The notes beneath the pieces were generated by a model, which worked only from the letters and a program-made list of their open reading frames with translations, was not told the origin of the DNA and did no database searches. Shown one piece after another: positions 12,718-24,579 of a stretch of 64,000 nucleotides of DNA. A program made the position numbers and the translations under genes. Within the stretch, counting starts at the first letter, position 1. Every line of letters begins with the position of its first letter. The stretch spans positions 41,671,311 through 41,735,310 of the forward strand of contig NC_068999.1 in NCBI RefSeq assembly GCF_001194135.2, read 5' to 3'. This DNA is from Octopus bimaculoides. Taxonomy: Eukaryota.

Positions 12718-15700
12718 TACAGGAGTGGCTGTGTGGTTAGTGACTCGCTTACCAACTACATGGTTCCGGGTTCAGTTCCACTGCGTGGCACCTTGGGCAA
12801 GTGCCTCCTACTATAGCCTCAGGCCTACCAAAGCCTTGTGAGTTGATTTGGTAGATGGAAACTGAAAGAAGCCCATCACATATATATGTTTATGTGTGTA
12901 TATGTTTGTGTGTCTGTGTTTGTCCCCTCCCCTCCACCATTTTTGCTGGTGTATTTACGTCCCCGTAACTTAGCAGTTCAGCAAAAGAGACCGATACAAT
13001 AGATACTAGGCTTACAAAGAATAAGTCCTGGGGTCGATTTGCTTGATTAAAGGTGGTGCTCCAGCATGGCCACAGTCAAATGACAAACAGGCAAAAGAAA
13101 AAATATATATGTGTGTGTCTAAAACTGTCACTCTGTTAGTTACAACAAGTGTTCCAGCTGATTCAATCAACAGAACAGCCAGCTCATGAAATTAACATGC
13201 AAGTGGCCGAGTACTCCACAAATATGCGGAGATTCAGCATGACACAACTGAATGTGACTGGGGCTGGGCCTTTGGATTCCAGGTAGAACTCATTTTTGCC
13301 AGTTGAGTGGACTGGAATCACATAAAATGAAGTTTCTTGCTCAAGACAAAGAGTGTAGTCTTCCAATGCTTAAGAAAAAAATCCATAATTCCATAAATTG
13401 CAAGATTTGCTTTTGTTTTATTTGTTTATTGTATTTTATTTTACTCTCTTGTTATATTTTTTTTCTTTTAGATTTGTGGCTGTTACAACTATTGATTTGG
13501 AATTTGAACGTATTGATTTTAACCCATGTCCAATATCTGAAGGAAATCCCCCACCAAACTATTTTGCTAACACAGCTCGATGCAAACCCACCACTTTAGT
13601 GAGAATTATTCATTTAAAGTCTTTGAGTAAATGCAAGGAAATGTGAGGGTTTGAGAGAAGAATACTGGTGACAGATGTATGATGTGTTGAGATTTACCAA
13701 GTTTACTCCTCAAATTCATCATCAACTTTGATTTTATTGGAAGGGCATCCAGCTGTAGAAACCATGCCAAAACAGATGATGGAGCTTGGTGTGGCCTCTG
13801 GCCTTACCAGCTCTGGTCAAACTGTCCAGACTACGCCAGCATGGAAAACAGACATTTGATGATGACAATTATACATAGGTGTGTGTTAACTAAAATAAGA
13901 TAACAAGGCCATGACAATTTATGAATAGAAAGGTGGTCTTACAGCTGTTTCAGGGAAATAAATGTTATCCCATCATCAGAGATGAATTAAGAGATTTTTC
14001 TCTTAACTCGTCTCTGATGGTGGGATATCATTTATTTTGCTGAAACAGCTGTAAGACCACCTTCTTCTTTATAAATGTCTTAGAAATATCACATTGCTTT
14101 GGTCTTGTTATCTTATTTTATTTAACATACACACGCTCAGATACGACCCACCTTAGACTCCTCACTCATACTATTATTGAACCAGGATTTATGGAAGGGA
14201 AAGAAAGGTTAATGAAAAAATTGAAGATTTCAGTATTATGTCGTATTCTCTGTCTGAAAATAAAGGAAATGGAGATTGCCATTTTCAAAATTTTTTCCTT
14301 TTTCAAACCTTCAAGGCAACAAAACTGTCCAAAATTGGAACTCAGTGGGGGAGTGGTATTTGAAAAAAATTTATAAATTTTCCCAAAAATTTAATTTATT
14401 TTTTATTTATTTTATTTTTTTTTTTACCAAAATTGCATTTCCCATTATAAGTGCATAGGACCAAAAAAAAAGAAATTGATCAAAATCAGTCTGAAAGTGG
14501 GGAAGGAAGATTCATGCATTTTCCAAAAAATTTTTTCATAAAAAGCTTATATTTCATCGTTTGTAAAGGGTGTAATGGAAAAAAATTTGAAAAATCTCTG
14601 TGAAAATAGAGAAAAATCCAGCTTATGTGAGTGTGCTTTCCCAAAGCTCTGCCAAGGTATTGTGTTTTAAAAGTTGCCCAGCAAGGACAGGATACTCAGC
14701 TAGTGTGTGTGTGTGTGTATGTATGTTTACATATATGCATGTATAATAAACTGATATGTATTTTCTTTCAGTGTGAACCATTGAGTGGTTTTGGTTTCCG
14801 ACGTGGTGGTTACATGTGTGCATGCTTACCTGGATACAAATATCCCTGGTGGCATGATGGACCATTCCTTGGAGTAGAAATAGAAGCTGCTACAAAAGAA
14901 GAATATGAAAATGGCTTTGATTGCCTCAAAGTTGATTGTAAGAAAACTCATTTGTTATTTCGTTTATCTTATTATTATTTATATGGCAGCAAAAGCTGGC
15001 GGAATTGTTTGCACAGCAGATAAAATGCTTAATGACATTTCTTCCAGTCTTATGTTTTGAGTTGAAATGCTACCAAGTTCAACTTTGCCCTTCATCTTTT
15101 TTTTTTGGGGGGGGGGGGGCAATGAAATAAGCAACAGTTGAGCATTGGGGTCAAAGTAATCAACCTTTGTGCCAATAGTAGAAAGGATTATTATTATTTC
15201 TTGGAGTAGTTGGCATTAGGAAGGGCATCCAGCTGTAGAAACCTTGCCAGATCATATTGGAGCCTGGTGCAGCCTTCTGGTTCGCCAGTCCTCAGTCAAA
15301 CCGTCCAACCCATGCCAGCATGGAAAACAGACGTTAAAACGATGGTGATGATGACAATGATGATTATTGCGAACTGGTAGATTGTTAGCACACTTATCGA
15401 AATGGGTGTACCAGCAGCACAAGCTGGACTGGAAGAAACCTGTAAAATTCTATTGTTCCTGGACAACTGCTCTGCACATCTCCCTGCTGAAGTTCTTGTG
15501 AAATGTAATGCTTTCAGCATTTAGTTGCCTCCAAATGTGACATCTGTTTTACAGCTTTGAGACCAAGGAATTTAACACTCCATGAAGAGCAACTATAAAA
15601 ATAATTTTATGAAGTGTGTGTTTGATGCAGTCAACAAAAGAGTGAGAATGCAAGACTCCCTGAAAGAGTTCACTGTTAAGGATGCCATCTATGTAGTTCC

Positions 15701-18700
15701 AAACGCTTGTAATTATATTGATAAATCAACAGTAACAAATGTCTGGCACAGAATATGGTCAATAACAATGTTTAATGAAAACAACCCTATAGGTAACTAG
15801 TTTGGAGGATTTTGTGTCACTAATGAGATGATGATGATATCAAAACTCATAACATGAAAAGTTGATCTTGTGGAAGTGTAAGTGATCTAGAAGAAGCAGA
15901 CATTGAAGAAATGCTAAACATTGACAGTGATGCACCTGTTGTGCATTCCTTGAAAGATGGGGAAATTGCTGAAATGATGTTAAATACGGATAAGAATGAA
16001 GACAGTAGTGACAATGACATAGAGGACACAGGTGAAAAAATTCCCATAGACAATATAATGAAAACTTGTGATCAGTTAATGGCTGGTCTTGAACAACGTG
16101 CATTTATCAGTGAGCAATTGATTATGGGAGTTTACTCAATTAAAAAGACATTGATTAGACAGAAACCTATGCTAATAAGACAGATGACACTTGAAGAAGT
16201 CTTTAAAAATGACCTCTCTCGTAGTGCAACTTCATCAGCTGAGAATCTGGTTTCTGACCCATCATTGGAAGTTTGCCTGCAACCTGAAGACAACGTTGGT
16301 GATACTGACAAGCCCTGTTCTACAACTTAACTGCAGTTACATATTTAGCCCAGTTTGTAGTCTTTCTTTATTCAAATTAGTGTGAATACTAATGCGTCTC
16401 TGTACAGAAATATTATGGTAATGTATATACCTGTACTTGTGGATCGTGTATTTTCGTTTTAAATTATCCCACTCTGTGTATTTTAATTCTGATCTTAATT
16501 ATCTCGCTATTTCATTCACCAGTATATTACTCTATATTTTTCCCACTGTGTGTATATATATATATATATGTGCTTTTGCTACCATAGCAGGGCGTCTGTT
16601 TTGATGTCTAGTTTACAGTGTGGGGCAGCTGGCTTTTCTTCTGAAATTTAAAAAAAGTATAAGGCAAAGTTGTCCCTGGTGGAATTTGAACTCAGAGCAT
16701 AAGGATAGATGAAATGCTGATAAACACCTCATAATAATAATATAATTAATTTCAACCTTAAGAATGGTTGCAGGCATAGCTGTGAGCTTCGGGAGTTTGC
16801 TTCCCAACCACTTGGTTTCAGGTTCAAGAATAGTGTTTGTACTGACAGTGACTTCGAAGTTTCAGCCAATTAAGCTATGATTGGACTGTTGTACATTTGA
16901 GTACATCTTGGCTGAAAGAATACTGATCTTTTTTTAGTTAAACAACCAGTGTAGTTTGTCTTTTTGTTTAACCCATGCCAGCATGGAAGATAGATGTTTA
17001 GTGATGATAATAGGGACAATGATAAAAATTCACTTAATTTTTTCTTTTCTTTTTTGTTTCTAGTTTCCCAGGTAATCCCAAAGAAGAACCCTGTTATTAT
17101 TGAAAATGTGAAGAAACGGTCTATATCATCTTTTAGTTCTGAGAAAGACGAATTTCTGAAAATCATATTTCCTCAGTCCCACAGGAGTCTCAGATGGCTT
17201 CAATCAAATAAAAAATACACTTCAAAAGATTTCATTCCATTACTGTCCAGTAGATATAGGCGGCATGTTCCAAAAGAAGACCTCCTTTCTCGTAAGAAAC
17301 GCGATCTCTTTGATAATGTCATGTGGATGAGAATGCGAGACATCCTTGAACGTAAAGAAAACACAAACAAAGACAACTGTGCAAGCCTCACAGCAAACCA
17401 ATTGCTTCTTCCAGGAGATGCCGGGTTCGGTGCCGAGAAGCAGTTTGAATCACAAGGACGTACTGCTCTGAGGCTGGCTCACTTTATTAGTAATTTTCTT
17501 CAAAATGTTGATGAGTATGAAGAATTTGGTATTCTTCGAGGTGATCGACGCTTACACGATACCCAGATGTATGGAGAGGTTATTGCTACTGTCATGGGTG
17601 ACTTCAAGATCGTTGGTGCTGGTGTATTCTTTGACCAATACAAATACCGGATATCACCCAGAAATAACACTGACCCACGATATGTTAATGAAGTAACACG
17701 AGAATATTTTGGTCCATTTGCTTGGAAGACTGGTGACAAAACAATTGCCAGAGTAATTGATTTTGCTGGTTTCAAGGAGCGTTACACAAATAAGCGCTGG
17801 TTTACAGACATGAAATCTCGTTGGGCAACTAACTATCAATCACTGGAAAAATTTATAACTCGTCCAATGATTCGGTCAGATATCAATGGATCCAGCTTGA
17901 TTAGATTTGAGTATTACCCACTCACATACCATGCACCAAAATATGAAGATGGAGAATGGTTACGTCCTGTCTTTAAGTGTGATGGCAGAGTTGATGCTTG
18001 GGTTCTCACTTATGTTGTTCCATTCTTTGGAATGAATACATTGAAGACTCAAATTGAATTTAAGTAAGTTGCCTCCTTGCTAATTAACCTACCATATTTG
18101 ATGGAATATTAGATGCAGTTTTGCTAATCTTTATTGGCACTTTTACTAATCTACAGCTCATTCTTACTAGTCTATACCTATCCATAGCTCCTTACTAATC
18201 TGTAGTCCTCTTCTAGTTAATCTATAAGTATATTTTAACTAATCTTTTCACTCTCTTTCTCTTCACCTCTTCAGTTCAACCCTTGTAAATATCATTTACT
18301 AATTTTTCCACCCTTTTTTTTTCTTAATTTCAGGGGAGTTGTTACAGTTGATGTCGACATCAATTATTTGGATGTAGACCAGTGCCCTGCTGATTTTTAT
18401 GTTGCCAACGCCTTCAAGAACACGGCTCGTTGTGACTATGAGAGCACATATGTAAGACATTTATTTTACGTAATGTTAGCAAATTAATATTATTAATTGC
18501 AGAATCACCATCTTTAGTATCACTGGTGCCAGCATTTGTATATATGCAGTACATATGTTGTGTGTTTTTGTAGGTTCATTGTTATAGATGTCTCTTTTAC
18601 TTGTTTCAGTCTTTTGACTGCGGCCATGCTGGAGCACCGCCTTTAGTCGAGCAAATCGACTCCAGGACTTATTCTTTGTAAGCCTAGTACTTATTCTACC

Positions 18701-18798
18701 GGTCTCTTTTGCCGAACCGCTAAGTTACGGGGACATAAACACACCAGCATCGGTTGTCAAGCGATGTTAGAGGAACAAACACAGACACACAAACACAT

Positions 18799-18839
<41 letters not shown>

Positions 18840-20448
18840 TACGACGGGCTTCTTTCAGTTTCTGTCTACCAAATCCACTCACAAGGCTATAGTAGATGAC
18901 ACTTGCCCAAGATGCCACGCAGTGGAAATGAACCCGGGGCCATGTGGTTGGTAAGCAAGCTACTTACCACACAGCCACTCGTTATATTTCTGTTGAGATA
19001 TTCTGATTTTACCTCAATTAATTTTGAAAATAATGAAGAATTTAGTAAAGTCATTATTAAGCTGGTGTTAGGAACATAAATTAACAAGAAATTTAGATGG
19101 AAGTCTTTGACTTAGATCACCTGAAAACAGGAACTTTGTATTATAGAACCAGCAGGGGTGGACTCATGTGGGTTGGTATCAAAAGAGTTAACATAAGTGT
19201 ATGTGTATGTTTTAGCTTCTGTGTAGTTTTTCTGTTATTTGTGATACTTTCCATCTGTGTATAAGTCTATTCCTTATATGGTAAAATCGACAAAAAGAGT
19301 TTAGAGAAGCTGCTGTGAGAGAGAGGATGTAATGCTCTGCTCTCTTTCTTGAATTTCTCTCCTGTCAACTTTTTCCTGAAGAAGAACTCAATCCGAAATG
19401 TTGGATTTTCAATTCCCCCACAGCAAGTTCACTGCACTCTTTCTGTTGATTGTACTAAATTACATAAGTCTTTTCAACGCAAACTACATAAGTCTCTTTG
19501 GATTCTTTTCGTTATAGAGTTCTGTGTTGATACATATCTGTGAGCTTTATGAGTTTGCATTTAGATCGTTTTTGGCTGAATTGTTAAGTAGTGTTTGCTT
19601 ACCAGCCATGTGGTTTTGGGTTCAGTCCTGTTGTATGGAACATTGGACAAGTGTCTTGATAGTTGCTGCCAAGACAAGTGTCTCACTTGTTGCCAGGACA
19701 ACCAACTTTTTGTCTCCTTTTCATATATCATCATCATCGTTTAACGTCCGCTTTCCATGCTAGCATGGGTTGGACGATTTGACTGAGGACTGGTGAAACC
19801 GGATGGCAACACCAGGCTCCAGTCTGATTTGGCAGAGTTTCTACAGCTGGATGCCCTTCCTAACGCCAACCACTCAGAGAGTGTAGTGGGTGCTTTTACG
19901 TGTCACACGCTCGAAATGGTGTCTTTTATGTGCCACCCGCACAAGCCANNNNNNNNNNNNNNNNNNNNNNNNNNNNNNNNNNNNNNNNNNNNNNNNNNNN
20001 NNNNNNNNNNNNNNNNNNNNNNNNNNNNNNNNNNNNNNNNNNNNNNNNNNNNNNNNNNNNNNNNNNNNNNNNNNNNNNNNNNNNNNNNNNNNNNNNNNNN
20101 NNNNNNNNNNNNNNNNNNNNNNNNNNNNNNNNNNNNNNNNNNNNNNNNNNNNNNNNNNNNNNNNNNNNNNNNNNNNNNNNNNNNNNNNNNNNNNNNNNNN
20201 NNNNNNNNNNNNNNNNNNNNNNNNNNNNNNNNNNNNNNNNNNNNNNNNNNNNNNNNNNNNNNNNNNNNNNNNNNNNNNNNNNNNNNNNNNNNNNNNNNNN
20301 NNNNNNNNNNNNNNNNNNNNNNNNNNNNNNNNNNNNNNNNNNNNNNNNNNNNNNNNNNNNNNNNNNNNNNNTATCCTCATCCATTCTCACCACATGTCCA
20401 TACCAGCGCAATCGTCTCTCTTGCATGCCACAACTGATGCTTCTAATA

Positions 20449-20491
<43 letters not shown>

Positions 20492-21942
20492 TAGAAGTCC
20501 TCAAGTCCTTCAAGTCAAGTTCCCATTAAAGGCCTGTGATATGCAGGAGACTGACTGACTGGGAGAACCAGTCAAGCAGCCCTGGCATCGATCACGTTCG
20601 GATCGCTAATTATTTTTATTTGCCTTTATGATCTATTTTAGATTTCTAGTTCTTTCTAGTTCTCTATTTTGGTTTTTAAATATTTTTCGTCGGTTTTCAT
20701 CAGAAACAGGTTGCACTGTGATGCAATAAGAGTTTATTCTTTCTGTTTCCAGTGTATTCCATTGCAATCCCATTTGAAATTCAAAGAAGGTTCCTACAAA
20801 TGTGAATGTAAGCAGGGCTATGAGTACCCATTTAATGACCTGCAGTGGTATTACAACGGTCAGACGATGGTTGAAGAATACAGGAAAAAGATGAACAATG
20901 AGCCAAACAGGTAAGATCAGTATTTTTGGTACAACAAAAATTGAAACAGGTAAAAAATGTTTTGAGCTGTATGGTGTGTGTGTGTGAAATTAAATAACTG
21001 ACAAGGAAACAGGAAACTAATTAATATATCTCATTAGCTTACAGACGTTTCTGCTATAAGATGCAAATATAAATGATTCCCCAAATAAACTTGTACTTCA
21101 TTTTAGAAGCTCCAGTGAAGCTATAAGGTGATGTACAAACACTTAGTTCTGACTGCATTGCATCCCACAGCAGAAACAGCTGTGAGCTAATGAAATTCAT
21201 TGCATAATTTCCTTTTCTCTTATTTATTTAATTTCACATTACACTCTATGCTCAGCTAATGCTTTTCTTTGAAGCATTTGAATATTGGATTTTAATGCAA
21301 AGTTATTAACACTGCCCAAAATTCGAGCATGGCTGTTGCCAGTGCCTCCGACTGGCCCTCGTGCCAGTGGCACGCAAAAGCACCCACTACACTCTCAGAG
21401 TGGTTGGCGTTAGGAAGAGCATCCAGCAGTAGAAACTTTACTAGATCAGACTGGAGCTCAGTACAGCCTTCTGGCTTGCCAGTCCTCATTCAAACCGTCC
21501 AACCTTTGCCAGCATGGAAAGCAGACATTAAACAACGACGCATGTATATATACACTTATACAACAGGCTTCTTTCAGTTTCCATTTACCAAATTCACTCA
21601 CAAGGCATTGGTCACCTTGGAACTATCAGAGACAAGTGCCCAAGGTGCCATGCAGTGGGGTTTGAAACCAAAAACATGCAATTGGGAAGCGAGCTTCAAG
21701 GAAGTTGCTTCATCTTTTGGGATGCAGGTTATCCACCCATTTAACTTCAGGGATGAGAGGAGAGTTGTGATGTTCATGCCTTTACCATTCATGCCATCAC
21801 TAACATTTACGATGTTTTTCTGCTTTATTTCTGTTTTAGGTATGATACATTGAAGTGCCGAATTGGTGGAGCTTCTTCTTTCAGAATAAGTTGGATTCTT
21901 GTAATTTTAACCATTTTGTACATAAAAATGTTTCAACTGTAG
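10747..21942 (+). CDS. 884-aa secreted or GPI-type protein with two tandem GPR158/GPR179-like ectodomain modules (Cache + Cys-rich EGF-like), no 7TM
   Basis: Exons 10747-11729, 13472-13598, 14772-14937, 17064-18063, 18334-18451, 20753-20910 and 21840-21942 total 2655 nt in frame, all GT-AG. N-terminal hydrophobic signal. Repeated motifs: PYFDCGRSNKW / PVFKCDGRVDAW, IDFNPCP...NTARC / LDVDQCP...NTARC, GGYMCACLPGYKYP / GSYKCECKQGYEYP. The gene model is solid; the family call is from motif memory. Confidence 0.8.
12720..13100 (+). mobile_element. tRNA-derived SINE with an internal (TA)/(TG) microsatellite, representative copy. Others at about 945-1100, 3395-3620, 18592-18980, 23500-23825, 25200-25580, 28070-28235, 42196-42340, 43210-43620 and 47035-47350
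   Basis: Head ggctgtgtggt(aag/tag)...ggttcagt(c/t)ccactgcgtggcaccttgggcaagtg; tail gtcgatttgct(c/t)gactaaaggcggtgctccagcatggccgcagtcaaatgac. Confidence 0.85.
13879..14134. mobile_element. Foldback (about 125-bp arms) with a hammerhead-like motif in each arm; Penelope-like terminal repeat relic
   Basis: Near-perfect inverted repeat centred on ttaagaga-tttt-tctcttaa. Arm motifs: CTGATGA..ggga/tccc..GAAAC-agct-GTA (minus, 13984-13935) and CTGATGG..GAAAC-agct-GTA (plus, 14009-14057). Confidence 0.6.
15400..16330 (+). mobile_element. Degenerate pogo/Tigger (DDE_1) transposase relic
   Basis: KILLFLDNCSAHLP...LPPNVTSVLQL*DQGI*HSMKSNYK...KDAIY with several in-frame stops, followed by an acidic Tigger-like tail. 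Confidence 0.8.
20381..20448 (-). mobile_element. RTE LINE ORF2 C-terminal fragment at a gap edge
   Basis: RSISCGMQERRLRWYGHVVRMDED; probably continuous with the element at 19727-19948 across the gap. Confidence 0.7.
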
Positions 21943-22188
21943 AGCTAAGCTATATTTTTCTCCAAAGAATATTTTTGTATAATCTGTTGCTTAGTAAATT
22001 TGTAGTATGGTTCTTTCTATTTTATTTCTCATTTGAAGAAATACCTATCAAACACAAACATCATAGATTTAACAAGATTCTTTAAATTTTCTATTTTGTA
22101 ATAATTTTTTAATTTTTTTTTTTAATCCAAAGCATCTAAAATAGCCAGGAATTTAAGTCCTTTTTCTTCCCTCAGCTATATTGATGTC

Positions 22189-22221
<33 letters not shown>

Positions 22222-23594
22222 GTCACTTTTTAATTATTTTTTTTTTTGTTCTTTATGCCTCCATCCTTTTGAATATATTCTCCAGATCATGTTAATTCTA
22301 AGACAAGATAAAATATTCCCTTCAAATATTTTCACAAAAAAACATAGTAAAACTTCACCCACCCACACTCAGCTACCATAGTTTTAGGTCTTATTTTGTA
22401 TTTGAAATGTTTTAATTCGCATTAGGTTATTATATCGTTTGTTTTTGTTTTGTTTTTTTAAATCTTACAGATTAAAAAGGAATTTTTTTCTTTACTAAAT
22501 GTAGATTTTAACTTCCGATCACTGAAACAAAAACAAACAATAAAGTTGCAAATATTCTTTAGACAAAGTCAAAAGTGCAATGTATAATATATTACATTAT
22601 ATTCATAGATTTTTTTTTTTTTGAACACCCATTATTTTCCTTTTAACCATTCCAACAAAATGCGATATTCCTTGGCCAATCATTGTAAGGGAGATGATCA
22701 TTACTAGCTAAATGGTGAGATCGGTTGAATTTTAATCAAAGAACAAGGTAGAAGGTGCGGAGATTATATTTAATGGTGGGATTTGTGTCTTGGGACCAAG
22801 GGAAAGGATACTTTCAGGTAAGTTGGTATTGAAAATGCTAAGTAAATATCTCAGGATGTTAAGCTTATTGTTTATTATCATCATTTAACGTCTGTTGTCT
22901 ATGCTGTCATGTGTTGGACAGTTTCACTGGGCTGGCACACTGGAAAGCACACCTTCCAGCATGGACAACGGATGTTAAATGATGATGATGATGATAAACA
23001 ATAAGCAAAACAATCTGAGATATTTACTTAACGCTTTTGATACTAACTTAAATGAAAGTATACTTTCCTTTGATTTTTAAAAAAGTCTTTTCTCTGCATA
23101 TTTCTTAGGAAAAGCATTTTCAGTTAATTTTGAAAGAAAAAAAAATGGAAAAATGGGTTCGGAGAAAGGAAATTTAACAAAATGGTTTTTTTGTTATTAA
23201 GCTGATATGATTGAAATAATGCCTGAAATTTTAACAAGAGGTTTTAATTTTGATATAAACACTTAAAAAAGGTGGGAGTGTATATGTATCATTGTACCAA
23301 TGAGTGTTAGAATTAATTTTGAGAATATCAAGAAATTTGGTGGGTGGGATTTAACAAAATTTATTCATTGTTAAATTGATGTGTTTGAAACATAACTTGA
23401 AATTGTGATGGGAGTTTTCAGTTTTAATGTGAAATATTCAAAAATGGGTGGTGTAGGGCCTTTGTATCATAGGACCAGAGGGTTTTCCTCATTGGAGCCA
23501 TTGCTGTGTGGTTAGCACCTTGGGCAAGAGTCTTCTATAGCCCCTGGACTGGCGAAAGCCTTGGCAAGGGGAAACTGTGTGGAAGACCATATAC

Positions 23595-23625
<31 letters not shown>

Positions 23626-24542
23626 TATACATGTGCATGTGTGTATTTGTCCTCCACCACTGCTTCACAACTGGTGTTGGTTTGTTTATGTTTGCATAAC
23701 TTAGTGGTTCAACATAAGAGGCCAACAGAATAAGCACTGGTGGTGGGTGGGGATGATTTGCTCAACTGAAACCCTTTCAAGGTAGTGCTCCAGCATGGTC
23801 ATGATTCAGTTATTGAAATAAGTAAAAAAAAAAAAGTACCAAACTACAGGTCGATTCCTGTATTTAAAAAGTATTGCAAAATGGGTCTTTGGAAAATTAA
23901 TCATTTTTGCCATAGACACCCTCTCCTGTTGGCATCTTTAACATATTTCATCCGACCTCCTCTCTTTAGACCTTGTACAGAACAATAAAACTAACAGGTC
24001 GATGCTATAGACTTGGCCAGGTCATTATCAACCCACTTCATCTTTGTATCAATTATATATTTCTTTGAAAGAAATTCAGATATTATATAAATTTTGTTAC
24101 TACCTCCTTTTAGCTCTTTTGTCACCATATTCCTGTTGAAATAAACTGTTTTTACTTCAATTAATTTTGAAATTAAAGAAGACTTTATGAAAATAATTCT
24201 CACGTTATTAAGCTAGTTTGGGAAATATAAATTCATGATATTTCAATGAAAGGTTTTAATGCAAAGCATTTTGAATAGGAATTTGTATCATAAGACCAGA
24301 GATGGTCTCAGTCTGGTATCAAATATGAGGTTTATATGATAAAATAAAAAAATTAAATTTCAATTAAAATTAACAAAACAAAAAAAATTTTAATTTCTTA
24401 TTAGAAATTCTGATTAATTTTTTTTAAACATTCACTTTTGTGAAATGTAGACTTGTCATTGTGGTTTTTCTTTTTATATTGTTCTGTCTAAATTTGTACA
24501 TAACTATAGACATATATATACATGTATGTGTATATATATTTA

Positions 24543-24579
<37 letters not shown>

